A DNA stretch of 64,000 bases, from assembly GCA_977020255.1 (NCBI GenBank), contig CDROCS010000506.1:558001-622000 (forward strand), written 5' to 3'. The position numbers and the translations under genes are program-made. The notes beneath the pieces were generated by a model. The model searched no databases and was not told where the DNA came from. It saw nothing but the letters and a program-made list of their open reading frames with translations. This DNA comes from Obrimoposthia wandeli (lineage: Eukaryota). Positions 20,762 to 30,459 of the stretch are shown here, in pieces (the stretch's first letter is position 1; each line of letters begins with the position of its first letter).

Positions 20762-21391
20762 TTAGATAGATTGACTTACAGCATCAATTAACGCATGGGT
20801 ATAGCCCATTTCAGCCATTAGCTGCGTAATTATATTACGTTTGCGTCCCGTATTGGTATTAGTAATAACCCAATATGGTGTGTTTTCGATATGACGCGGT
20901 TTAGTCGTGCTACCCGCGCTTAACAATTCACTTTCAGATTTTGCAAAGTAAATACGTTTACGACCTTTAATATCAGTCGCACTATCAAACTCTTTCGGGT
21001 TTTCAGCGTAAAGCACAGATAAGATCTGAATAAACTTAGTAACCGAAACAGTTGTTTCTTTAAATTTCTTATTTTTAATAAGCTTAGCGATACTGGCTGG
21101 CAATGTAGAATGACTAACAACCTCTACTGCTGTTTCTACCACGATAGGTGCAGATACAGGTGTAGGTTCTTCTTCTTCGACTACTACCGGTGATTTAGTT
21201 ACCGTTTGCTTAGTCTCACTGTTGGTGTCCACTGCATGCGGCTGCGATTCTTCAACATTCGTTAAATCTGCAGAAACATTTGCTGATACATCAAGTAAGC
21301 GACGTAAAATATCTGATGCACTTTCGCCAATATCTTTCGTTTGACTAGCAATATAACGATATAGGTCGTCTTCAAGCTCAATCGTTTTCAT
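20762..21391 (-). CDS. seqA: Replication initiation negative regulator SeqA
   Basis: MKTIELEDDLYRYIASQT..IGESASDILRRLL N-terminus; TPYWVITNTNTGRK C-terminal motif. Confidence 0.96.
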   Translation of the reverse strand: MKTIELEDDLYRYIASQTKDIGESASDILRRLLDVSANVSADLTNVEESQPHAVDTNSETKQTVTKSPVVVEEEEPTPVSAPIVVETAVEVVSHSTLPASIAKLIKNKKFKETTVSVTKFIQILSVLYAENPKEFDSATDIKGRKRIYFAKSESELLSAGSTTKPRHIENTPYWVITNTNTGRKRNIITQLMAEMGYTHALIDAVSQSI

Positions 21392-21561
21392 ATTTAACTA
21401 GTGAATCCTTGCTTATAAATTTGGTTTAATTATACCTTGTGAATAGATTTCTCTCTACGCTTATAAGCAAAATATTACCTCTATGATGCATTTGTCGACA
21501 ATTCATACACGACATTGACCTAATTATTGCGGTAGAATCAGCCACAATAACGGAGAGATAT

Positions 21562-22329
21562 ATGTTACTTAATCACAAAATATACGGTCAGGGTATTCCT
21601 GTTATCGTTATCCATGGTTTATTTGGCAGTGCCACTAACTTAGGCATGCTCATTAAACAACTAAAAACTGATTATCAAGTCATTGCTGTTGATGTCAGAA
21701 ACCATGGCTTATCTATGCGCCATCATAGTATGCATTATGATGATATGGCAAATGATATTATTCAGTTAATGGATCATTTAACGATCGAGCAAGCACACAT
21801 TGTCGGTCATTCGATGGGTGGCAAGATCGCGATGCGCACCGCGCTAAACTTTCCAGACCGGGTAAGTAGTTTAGCCGTCGCCGATATTGCGCCAGTTAAT
21901 TACCCGCCTCGACATGATAATGTCTTTGCTGGACTCAAAAATATACCACTCACCGACATAATGACACGTAGCGACGCGCAAGAAAAACTCGCAGAACATG
22001 TTGAAGAAGCCGGTGTGCAGCAATTTTTGCTCAAAGGTTTGTATAAAAATGCCCAAGGTCAGTACGATTTTTACTATGCATTAGACACCATTATTGCCCA
22101 GTATGAAGTCATTTCTGACTGGCCAGAGACTAATAAGCAGTATGATAAACCCGTGCTTTTCATCAAAGGCATGAATTCAGACTATATTACCAATGCACAT
22201 AAATCCGCTATTGCGCAATATTTCCCCCACGCTAAAGCAAAGTTAGTGCAAGGTACTGGACACTGGTTACACGCCGAAAAACCAGTGATATTTAATAAAA
22301 TAATAGCCGATTTTTTATTTAGTCATTAG
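21562..22329 (+). CDS. ybfF: Alpha/beta hydrolase esterase YbfF
   Basis: HGLFGS, GHSMGGK nucleophile elbow, GHWLHAEKP; divergent from seqA as in enterobacteria and vibrios. Confidence 0.9.
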   Translation: MLLNHKIYGQGIPVIVIHGLFGSATNLGMLIKQLKTDYQVIAVDVRNHGLSMRHHSMHYDDMANDIIQLMDHLTIEQAHIVGHSMGGKIAMRTALNFPDRVSSLAVADIAPVNYPPRHDNVFAGLKNIPLTDIMTRSDAQEKLAEHVEEAGVQQFLLKGLYKNAQGQYDFYYALDTIIAQYEVISDWPETNKQYDKPVLFIKGMNSDYITNAHKSAIAQYFPHAKAKLVQGTGHWLHAEKPVIFNKIIADFLFSH

Positions 22330-22387
22330 CCACATTGTGATATATTTGCCCATTCGTACTCTTAGTAAATGCTGTAAAGTAGTTTAG

Positions 22388-22615
22388 GTGAAAATTGATA
22401 TGTTGTATGAATACATTGACTTAATTGAAGCGGTAGGCATTAAACTGTTCTTTGTCGCACTGTTTTTCTTAATCGGCATGGCAATTCAAGACGTACTTAA
22501 AAAAGGTAATGTACCTAAATTTGGACGTATAGCCGTTTGGTTTGTACTCTGTTTTGGTATGGCTGGCTTTGTTTTTAAAGAAATATTGATCACTGTCTGG
22601 GAAACCCAGATTTAA
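22388..22615 (+). CDS. Small membrane protein (DUF2788-like)
   Basis: Two hydrophobic helices around IGMAIQDVLKKGNVPKFG; start could be the ATG at 22400. Confidence 0.7.
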   Translation: MKIDMLYEYIDLIEAVGIKLFFVALFFLIGMAIQDVLKKGNVPKFGRIAVWFVLCFGMAGFVFKEILITVWETQI

Positions 22616-22673
22616 TTACTAATACTATTAACTGCAACAATAAAGTGCAATTAACTGCAATGGCGAAAATAAC

Positions 22674-22946
22674 GTGGCAAAGGAAAGTTTAGATAGAACC
22701 ACGATTGACCTTTTTGCTGAAGAGAAGCGTGCAGGTAGACCTAAAACCAGCCCACTCTCACGCAAAGAGCAGTTGAAACACAATAAACGTAATCAATTGA
22801 GCCGCGATAAGGCTAATGGATTAAAACGTATTGAATTAAAAGTCGAACAAGACTTATTTGATATGTTAAATATGAAAGCAAAAAGTGCTAAGATGACACG
22901 CAGTGAATATATACAACAATTATTGCACACTCATGTAGCAAGATAA
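22674..22946 (+). CDS. ybfE: YbfE ribbon-helix-helix protein
   Basis: MAKESLDRTTIDLFA..RAGRPKTSPL...MTRSEYI; ybfE-fldA synteny. Confidence 0.88.
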   Translation: MAKESLDRTTIDLFAEEKRAGRPKTSPLSRKEQLKHNKRNQLSRDKANGLKRIELKVEQDLFDMLNMKAKSAKMTRSEYIQQLLHTHVAR

Positions 22947-22978
22947 GTTTAAATTACAACTATTAGGATAATTTAAGA

Positions 22979-23506
22979 ATGGCTAGCGTAGGCTTATTTT
23001 TTGGTAGTGACACTGGTAACACTGAAGTAGTTGCTAAAATGATCCAGAAACAACTGGGTAAACAGCTTGTTGATGTTAAAGACATAGCAAAATCAACAAC
23101 TGCAGATATTAACGAGTTCAGCCTATTAATTTTAGGTATTCCAACTTGGTATTATGGCGAATCTCAATGTGATTGGGATGATTTCATGCCATCACTAGAA
23201 GAAATTGATTTTTCTGACAAGCTTGTTGCAATCTTTGGTTGCGGCGACCAAGAAGATTACGCTGAGTACTTCCTTGATGCAATGGGCACACTACGTGACG
23301 TTGTTGAAGCAAAAGGCGGTACATTAATCGGTGAATGGTCAACTGAAGGTTATGATTTCGAAGCATCGAAAGCACTTACAGATGACAGCCACTTTGTTGG
23401 TCTAGGTATCGATGAAGATCGCCAACCTGAATTAACTGCAGAGCGTGTTGAAACTTGGGTAAAACAGATCCATAGCGAAATGTGCCTTGCTGAACTAGAA
23501 GACTAA
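22979..23506 (+). CDS. fldA: Flavodoxin FldA
   Basis: FFGSDTGNTE, GIPTWYYGE, FGCGDQEDYAEYF, GLGIDEDRQ. Confidence 0.97.
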   Translation: MASVGLFFGSDTGNTEVVAKMIQKQLGKQLVDVKDIAKSTTADINEFSLLILGIPTWYYGESQCDWDDFMPSLEEIDFSDKLVAIFGCGDQEDYAEYFLDAMGTLRDVVEAKGGTLIGEWSTEGYDFEASKALTDDSHFVGLGIDEDRQPELTAERVETWVKQIHSEMCLAELED

Positions 23507-23519
23507 TCTTCTTGTTTAC

Positions 23520-23568
23520 AAAGTAAGAGATAAAACGGCCTTTTATCGCTGGTTTTATCTCTTACTTT
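23520..23568 (+). terminator. Long hairpin, probable fldA terminator
   Basis: 17-bp arms AAAGTAAGAGATAAAAC/GTTTTATCTCTTACTTT followed by T-rich sequence. Confidence 0.7.
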
Positions 23569-23862
23569 ATTTTCCCCTTTTCCCTGATTCATATAATCTC
23601 CTCTTACTAACTTACTCCAATGAATGACTGACTCTTATTACCGACAAACCCCAAATTAGTTCTACTCCCCCTTTATTAGTCAAAAATCCTTAAACTACAC
23701 TTTAATATGACTAACTGAGCACGACACCGAAATTAAACATCAAAATTTATGCATTTAAATCCCGCTTTAACAAATATGAGGTTTATTGTTTTTGCGTCTC
23801 GTCATATAATGGTTAAGAATATAAAGAAAAAATAATTTTCTCTATTTTAAAATGAGTACGTT

Positions 23863-24288
23863 ATGACTGATAGAAAAAGCGCATTAAAAAAAGCAGGGTT
23901 AAAAATAACACTGCCAAGAATTAAAATTTTAGAATTGTTACAACTCCCTAGCAGTCAGCATACTAGTGCCGAAGATTTATACAAACAATTACTTAGCAAA
24001 GGCGAAGAAATTGGTCTAGCGACAGTATATCGAGTACTTAACCAATTTGATGATGCTGGTATTGTAACGCGCCATTACTTTGAAGGCGGTAAATCTGTTT
24101 TTGAATTGGCAACCCAAGACCATCACGATCATCTTGTATGTCTTGATTGCGGTCACGTAATTGAATTTCACGATGATATGATCGAAGAGCGTCAACGTGA
24201 TATTGCGACTGAAAATGGGATGTCATTGCAAGCCCACAGTTTATACCTGTATGGTCGTTCACTTAGTGGCAAATGTGACCATAAATAG
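23863..24288 (+). CDS. fur: Ferric uptake regulator
   Basis: LKKAGLKITLPRIKIL, EIGLATVYRVLNQF, HHDHLVCLDCG. Confidence 0.98.
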   Translation: MTDRKSALKKAGLKITLPRIKILELLQLPSSQHTSAEDLYKQLLSKGEEIGLATVYRVLNQFDDAGIVTRHYFEGGKSVFELATQDHHDHLVCLDCGHVIEFHDDMIEERQRDIATENGMSLQAHSLYLYGRSLSGKCDHK

Positions 24289-24314
24289 TTACATGAACTA
24301 AATAACAGATAAAT

Positions 24315-24342
24315 AAAAAGGAGCCTATCAGCTCCTTTTTTT
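24315..24342. terminator. Bidirectional intrinsic terminator between fur and glnS
   Basis: AAAAAGGAGC/GCTCCTTTTT stem between convergent genes. Confidence 0.8.
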
Positions 24343-24417
24343 ATACTCTTTTTTCGTGCTATGTAACGCCAAGAACGTTAGAGAACACCAAGAAATAAAT
24401 TTCTTGGTGTTCGACAC

Positions 24418-26061
24418 TTAGCCGCGTAAAGATACAGTACGGTTAAACACAAGTTTATCCGCTGTTGAATCTTTATCTGCACAGAAGTAACCTTCACGTT
24501 CAAACTGGTACGCGCTTTCAGCTTGCGCTGTCACTAGACCAGGTTCAACTTTAGCTGTTTTAATCACAACTAATGATTCTTCATTTAGTGCTTCTTCTAA
24601 TGTTTCCACACTTGCAGGATCTTCTATTTTAAATAGACGATCATAAACACGTACTTCTGCATCAACAGAACCCGTCGCTGATACCCAGTGAATAACACCT
24701 TTTGCTTTACGACCGTCACTTGGATTTTTACCCAATGTTTCATCGTCGTAAGTACAGTGGATCTCAGTGATGTTACCTTCGTCATCTTTAACAACGTCGT
24801 CAGCTCTAACGATATAAGCATTACGTAAACGTACTTCTTTACCTAATACTAAACGTTTGTATTTCTTGTTCGCTTCTTCACGGAAATCCGCACGATCAAT
24901 AAATAGTTCACGGCCGAATGGCAGCGTACGATTACCCATTTCTAATTTAGGGTGAGCAGGTGCAATTAATTGCTCTGTTTGATCTTCAGGGTAATTAGTA
25001 ATCACTAATTTAACCGGATCAAGTACAGCCATTGCACGTGGTGCTGAGTTCTCTAAATCTTCACGGATACACGCTTCTAGCATGCCCATTTCGATTGTAT
25101 TGATTTGCTTAGTTACACCAATACGCTTACAGAATTCACGGATTGACGCGGCAGTGTAACCACGGCGACGTAAACCAGCAATTGTTGGCATACGCGGATC
25201 ATCCCAACCAGTCACGTGATTCTCTGTTACTAATGCATTCAGCTTACGCTTAGACATCATCGTGTATTCGATATTCAAACGTGAGAATTCATATTGACGT
25301 GGACGGCAATCAATTGAGATATTATCTAATACCCAATCATAAACGCGGCGATTATCTTGGAATTCTAACGTACAGATAGAATGTGAAATACCTTCTATCG
25401 CATCAGAGATACAGTGGGTGAAATCGTACATTGGGTAAATGCACCATTTGTCGCCAGTCTGGTGATGATGAGCACGCTTGATACGATAGATAACAGGATC
25501 GCGCATACACATGAACGATGACGTCATGTCAATTTTAGCACGTAAGCTACATTCGCCATCAGCAAAGCCACCGTCACGCATTTTATTAAATAGCGCTAGG
25601 TTTTCTACAATGCTAGTTTCACGGAATGGGCTATTTTTACCCGGCTTATTCAGCGTTCCGCGATATTCACGTGTTTCTTCTGCATTTAAGAAACAAACAT
25701 AGGCTTTGCCCGCTTGAATCAACTCAACAGCATACTCGAATAACTTGTCAAAATAGTTTGATGAATAACGTACGTCACCATCCCAGTTAAAACCTAACCA
25801 CTTCACGTCTTCTTGGATCGCGTGAACGTAATCAATGTCTTCTTTTTCCGGGTTAGTATCATCAAAACGTAGATTACACTGTCCCTGGTAATCGTCAGCA
25901 ATACCAAAATTCAAACAAATAGATTTGGCATGACCAATGTGCAAAAAGCCATTCGGCTCCGGCGGAAAACGCGTGTGCACATTAGTGTGTTTGCCGGAAT
26001 TTAAATCTTCATCAATAATCTGACGAATAAAGTTCGTTGGACGTACTTCGGCCTGACTCAT
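24418..26061 (-). CDS. glnS: Glutamine--tRNA ligase
   Basis: [15 protein letters not shown] (HIGH), [22 protein letters not shown]. Confidence 0.98.
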   Translation of the reverse strand: MSQAEVRPTNFIRQIIDEDLNSGKHTNVHTRFPPEPNGFLHIGHAKSICLNFGIADDYQGQCNLRFDDTNPEKEDIDYVHAIQEDVKWLGFNWDGDVRYSSNYFDKLFEYAVELIQAGKAYVCFLNAEETREYRGTLNKPGKNSPFRETSIVENLALFNKMRDGGFADGECSLRAKIDMTSSFMCMRDPVIYRIKRAHHHQTGDKWCIYPMYDFTHCISDAIEGISHSICTLEFQDNRRVYDWVLDNISIDCRPRQYEFSRLNIEYTMMSKRKLNALVTENHVTGWDDPRMPTIAGLRRRGYTAASIREFCKRIGVTKQINTIEMGMLEACIREDLENSAPRAMAVLDPVKLVITNYPEDQTEQLIAPAHPKLEMGNRTLPFGRELFIDRADFREEANKKYKRLVLGKEVRLRNAYIVRADDVVKDDEGNITEIHCTYDDETLGKNPSDGRKAKGVIHWVSATGSVDAEVRVYDRLFKIEDPASVETLEEALNEESLVVIKTAKVEPGLVTAQAESAYQFEREGYFCADKDSTADKLVFNRTVSLRG

Positions 26062-26281
26062 TCCTTACCTCAAACAGTAAATTTTTCATAAAATAGTGAG
26101 CAATGATCTAACAAAATGTCGTCAGACACAACAATTAAATGCGAATGCGGGCCAGTTAGCCTTGTTCCAGCACCATTAACCTTAGCTTGAAAGGAATCGC
26201 GATCACAACACTGCCTAAAACATCACCAACAGTGGGTTTATTACCTAGGCTCTAGTCATCGAAGTCGTTGCGGAGAATATA

Positions 26282-26662
26282 ATGCAAAAGTTGTTCATTA
26301 CATCAGGGTTCACACTAATAGAATTGCTTATCACACTCACGGTCACGAGTATTTTGGCTGGTATAGCACTACCAAGTTATCAGCACAACATATTAACTAC
26401 CCATCGCCATCAAGCTAAAATGAAGTTAACAGCCATCAGTTTATTACAAACAGATAATTTTAGTCGGCTGCAACAATACGCTGAATTGCAGGATTTAGCG
26501 GTTGATCTCAGCAGTAATAAATACCAATACAGTATTCACCTAGCGGAAAATAATCACTACAAAGTGGCTGCAACAGCCATAGATAATCAACGTAATGATA
26601 GTGAGTGTCGAGAATTGAGTTTAGATCATAACTTAACGCGGTTACCCGCACACTGCTGGTGA
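26282..26662 (+). CDS. Type IV minor pilin, PilE-like
   Basis: Class III signal G-FTLIEL, IALPSYQ, C-terminal Cys pair. Confidence 0.85.
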   Translation: MQKLFITSGFTLIELLITLTVTSILAGIALPSYQHNILTTHRHQAKMKLTAISLLQTDNFSRLQQYAELQDLAVDLSSNKYQYSIHLAENNHYKVAATAIDNQRNDSECRELSLDHNLTRLPAHCW

Positions 26663-26664
26663 TG

Positions 26665-27183
26665 TTAACACAGTGATTTACTTTTAATCGCTGTATTAAC
26701 GATACACATGGTTGTCACGTTATGGATCAAATTAATCAGTAACACGCCACGCTCCAAACCATCCTTGCACTGATAAATAGCCTCAATACCTTTGAAAGGC
26801 CCTTCCTGAATAATCACGTGTTCACCGACACTATATTCCATCACTTCATCTGCTGAGTTATCTTGGCAGAATTGCTTCGCTTTCAATTCAGTAACCAATG
26901 CAGTAGGTACTTTGGTATAATTTGTGCCGCACTTAACGAAATCAATCACACCGCGCGTAGAGCGTATGCTATTAAAATTGGCAGTGTCCTTATCTATTTC
27001 GACGAACAAGTAATTAGGAAAAATAACTACGTCTTTACACGTGGGCTTATTGCGCACTTTTTTCTCGATTTTCATCGTTGGAAAAAAACTGTCAATCCCT
27101 TGATTTTCAAGATTAGTGAGCGCTCTAAGCTCTTCTTTCCCTTTGCAGTACAACAAGTACCATTGTTTTTTGTTAGCAGCCAT
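26665..27183 (-). CDS. rfaH: Transcription antiterminator RfaH
   Basis: WYLLYCK..EE.RA..NL.NQG, FPNYLFV, STRGV..FV, KOW GPFKGIEAI. Confidence 0.92.
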   Translation of the reverse strand: MAANKKQWYLLYCKGKEELRALTNLENQGIDSFFPTMKIEKKVRNKPTCKDVVIFPNYLFVEIDKDTANFNSIRSTRGVIDFVKCGTNYTKVPTALVTELKAKQFCQDNSADEVMEYSVGEHVIIQEGPFKGIEAIYQCKDGLERGVLLINLIHNVTTMCIVNTAIKSKSLC

Positions 27184-27503
27184 TTTGACTTGATCATCCG
27201 AATCATTATCACCCTATAAGTTTACGTAATAATCATAGAAATTAAAACCTAAATGTAATCTTGTGTAAAGTGCATAGTTATCAACCATAAACAATCATAA
27301 AGATAACATCTACTTAACACTAGATAGACATATATAGAACAAACACTCAAATTAGGGTGACTCAGCTCGTACAATCAATATTTACACTTGTGACCATCTA
27401 ACAAACGGGATATAAAAGAATGAATAGACTGATTAAAGATAAAATATCAGCATAAAAATACAAATATAAAAAACAAATACAAAAATACAACACAGGCGAT
27501 ATT

Positions 27504-28949
27504 ATGAATCCTAATAATTCAGATACATTTATGGGTCACCCAAAAGGGTTATTCCTTTTGTTCAGTACAGAAATGATGGAACGCTTTAGCTATTATGGCA
27601 TGCGTGCAATTCTTGTTCTTTTTCTAGTCTCAGTAACTCAAGACCAACAAGCTGCTGCATTATTAACCGACCCTAATTACCAAGGTGGTATGGCTGGTCT
27701 AGGTTGGAGTCAGGCAGATGCCCTTTCTCTTTATGGTACCTACACAGGTTTAGTCTACATCACCCCGTTAATCGGTGGTTGGTTAGCAGATAACTTTATT
27801 GGTCAACGCCGAAGCGTGATCATTGGTGGCGTATTAATGGCACTGGGGCAATTCCTTTTATTTGTACCGGTCGAAGCATTATCACTCAGCCCTACTGCTG
27901 GACTTTACTTAGGTCTTGCATTCATCATCGCCGGTAACGGTATGTTTAAACCAAACATCTCAACTATGGTTGGTGACTTATATGAAGAAGGTGATAACCG
28001 TCGTGATGGCGCATTTACTATCTTCTATATGGGTATTAACTTAGGCGCATTCTTGTCTGGTATTATGGTTGGTGCTGTTGTTGTCTACACAGGCGATTAC
28101 AAGTACGGGTTCTTAATGTCTGGTATCGCTATGGTACTGAGTGTTGTATTACAGAAACTATTTGCTAATAAATACCTCGGTAACATTGGTATTGAAGCCG
28201 CCGCTAAAAAAGAACTAGCTGCAAATAAAGGCAAAAAACCAACATTAACTGCAATTGAAGTTGACCGTATAAAAGTAATCTTAATCTTAGGTCTATTCGT
28301 TATCATCTTCTGGGCTGGTTTTGAACAAGCCGGTGGTCTGATGAACCTTTACGCAAATGATTATACCGACCGTATGATTGGTGGTTTTGAAGTACCTGTT
28401 GCTTGGTTCCAATCATTAAACCCGTTCTTCATTATTACCTGTGCACCAATCGTTAGTATGATTTGGATTAAGATGGGACCTAAAGAACCAACATCACCAG
28501 TGAAATTTGCAATGGCACTCTTGATGTTAGCTATTGGTTTTGTGTTCATGATCTTTGCAACACTAGAGCAAGGTGGCGATTTAACCGTTAAGACCAGCAT
28601 GTATTGGTTAGTGGGTGCTTATTTCTTCCATACAATGGGTGAATTATGTCTTTCTCCAATTGGTCTATCTATGATCACTAAATTAGCACCGCTACGCTTA
28701 GCATCATTAATGATGGGCGCTTGGTTTGGCTTTAATGCGATTGCCAATAAAGTAGCAGGTATGATTGGTTCACAAATTGGTGAAGCAGGTCCAATGGCTA
28801 TCTTCGGCGGTATCGCGATAGCAGCTGTGATTTCATCTCTGATCCTATTTGCATCAGCGCGTAAACTAATCTACTGGATGCACGGTGCAGAAGGTCAGGT
28901 TGTTACACAAGATACAAACAATCAAAAGCCAGCAGTTGCGACAGCTTAA
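27504..28949 (+). CDS. POT/PTR family proton-dependent oligopeptide transporter
   Basis: EMMERFSYYGMR (ExxERFxYY), GGWLAD, FYMGINLG, ELCLSPIG. Confidence 0.94.
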   Translation: MNPNNSDTFMGHPKGLFLLFSTEMMERFSYYGMRAILVLFLVSVTQDQQAAALLTDPNYQGGMAGLGWSQADALSLYGTYTGLVYITPLIGGWLADNFIGQRRSVIIGGVLMALGQFLLFVPVEALSLSPTAGLYLGLAFIIAGNGMFKPNISTMVGDLYEEGDNRRDGAFTIFYMGINLGAFLSGIMVGAVVVYTGDYKYGFLMSGIAMVLSVVLQKLFANKYLGNIGIEAAAKKELAANKGKKPTLTAIEVDRIKVILILGLFVIIFWAGFEQAGGLMNLYANDYTDRMIGGFEVPVAWFQSLNPFFIITCAPIVSMIWIKMGPKEPTSPVKFAMALLMLAIGFVFMIFATLEQGGDLTVKTSMYWLVGAYFFHTMGELCLSPIGLSMITKLAPLRLASLMMGAWFGFNAIANKVAGMIGSQIGEAGPMAIFGGIAIAAVISSLILFASARKLIYWMHGAEGQVVTQDTNNQKPAVATA

Positions 28950-29003
28950 TGCTGACGGCACTAATACATTAAATCGACCACACTGTTTGATTTAAAGAAA
29001 TGT

Positions 29004-29034
29004 AAAAACAGCCTCATGATGAGGCTGTTTTTTT
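29004..29034 (+). terminator. Intrinsic terminator after the POT gene
   Basis: AAAAACAGCCTCA/TGAGGCTGTTTTT stem with T run. Confidence 0.85.
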
Positions 29035-29092
29035 ATATCTGCGATTTTCATGATAAACTAAGTTTAATCGTTAGCCGTGAGCCAAAAACTTT

Positions 29093-29638
29093 ATGAAACA
29101 ATTTAATGAATTTCTTCCCCTGATCGTCTTTTTCATCATGTATAAAATGTACGACATCTATGCCGCAACAGCAGCATTGATCGCAGTGACAGCATGCACA
29201 CTACTCTTTACCTGGTTTAAATACCGTAAAGTTGAAAAAATGCAATTGATCACGTTTGCAATGGTGACGGTATTTGGTGGCATTACCTTGTTTACCCAGG
29301 ATTCCAGTTTCATTAAATGGAAAGTAACTGTTATTTATTGCCTATTTTCAATTGTGTTACTCGTTAGCCAGTATGGCTTTAAGCAAAACCTGCTGAAAAA
29401 AATGCTCGGTAAAGAAATGGTGTTACCTGAGTTTGTTTGGTCGCGAGTGAATACGGCATGGTCTATTTTCTTTCTTGCACTTGCAGGTCTGAACCATTAC
29501 ATCGCGTTTAATATGTCAGAAGAAATCTGGGTTGATTTCAAAGTGTTTGGCGTATTGGGTATCATGTTAGCCTTCACGATATTAACTGTGGCCTATCTTT
29601 ATCGCTACATGCCAAAAGAAAAAAGTGATAATAAATAG
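29093..29638 (+). CDS. yciB: Inner membrane protein YciB (IspZ/septation protein A)
   Basis: MKQFNEFLPLIVFF, FIKWKVT, WVDFKVFG. Confidence 0.93.
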   Translation: MKQFNEFLPLIVFFIMYKMYDIYAATAALIAVTACTLLFTWFKYRKVEKMQLITFAMVTVFGGITLFTQDSSFIKWKVTVIYCLFSIVLLVSQYGFKQNLLKKMLGKEMVLPEFVWSRVNTAWSIFFLALAGLNHYIAFNMSEEIWVDFKVFGVLGIMLAFTILTVAYLYRYMPKEKSDNK

Positions 29639-29879
29639 TTTAAAACGATAATCACAGCCCTCTATTTAAAGCTGCATTTGATAAACCATAATAGGTTTGT
29701 TAAATGCAGTCCTAGTTATCTTCCTTCTACTGCCTCCTATTACTATCTCCATTACGACTCCCTATTACAACCTCCTATTCCCTATTATCTCCTAATAATA
29801 TTCGGCAATGATTCTAAGTCCGACTAGTCCTTTTCTCATACTGTAAATTTGAACACCCATATAATTCCAACCCCAAAGA

Positions 29880-29895
29880 TGTGATAACACCCACA
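29880..29895. promoter_or_regulatory. Putative CRP site upstream of comEA
   Basis: TGTGA-TAACAC-CCACA, 9/10 match to TGTGA-N6-TCACA, about 90 bp upstream of comEA. Confidence 0.5.
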
Positions 29896-29986
29896 GCAAG
29901 ATCATATTAGTGAACAAAAAAAACGATTATGACTACAGTTTGATTCTGACAGAATAATTAATTGTTATAACTATAAAGGAATTGAA

Positions 29987-30364
29987 ATGTTAAAAAAAAT
30001 GAATCGCTTAGCCCTGTGTATTGCCGTTACTGCACCTTTACTGTTATTACCTTCCGTGAATGCAGAGCAGGTAGACATACCAGAGACGAGCTCAGCAATA
30101 ACGACAACCGAAACAACAGCACTTGATCTCAGCCATTCACCAATCGCTGAGCACACACTATCAACTCCAGTTAATATTAACACCGCCAGCGAATCACAGC
30201 TTACAGCGTTACCCGGGATTGGCGCTTATAAAGCAGCGAAAATAATACAGTGGCGTGACCACAATGGTGAATTTGTAACGACGACAGATTTAGCGAGCGT
30301 AAAAGGCATAGGACAAGCAACAATCACGAAGTTAGCAGGTAAAATCAGTGTGACTGACTTATAG
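29987..30364 (+). CDS. comEA: ComEA helix-hairpin-helix DNA-binding protein
   Basis: Signal peptide; VNINTAS...LPGIG..KA..I...R..NG.F....DL..VKGIG. Confidence 0.9.
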   Translation: MLKKMNRLALCIAVTAPLLLLPSVNAEQVDIPETSSAITTTETTALDLSHSPIAEHTLSTPVNINTASESQLTALPGIGAYKAAKIIQWRDHNGEFVTTTDLASVKGIGQATITKLAGKISVTDL

Positions 30365-30397
30365 TATTATACCCAATCTCAAGACGAACCAATTTAA

Positions 30398-30418
30398 AAC
30401 AGCTTAAACCGAGCTGTT
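30398..30418 (-). terminator. Possible terminator of the adhesin gene
   Basis: AACAGCT/AGCTGTT stem between the convergent comEA and adhesin ends. Confidence 0.45.
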
Positions 30419-30459
30419 ATAACCTTAAATTGGTCGCCTTGTTCATGATATATGAAGAG

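Noticed and set aside
22616-22673. LexA box upstream of ybfE
   Set aside because: No CTG-N10-CAG; only a short TTAACTGCAA direct repeat
29987-30364. Opposite-strand 70-aa ORF 29971-30183 and similar short overlapping ORFs across the housekeeping region
   Set aside because: They overlap well-supported genes and carry no motifs
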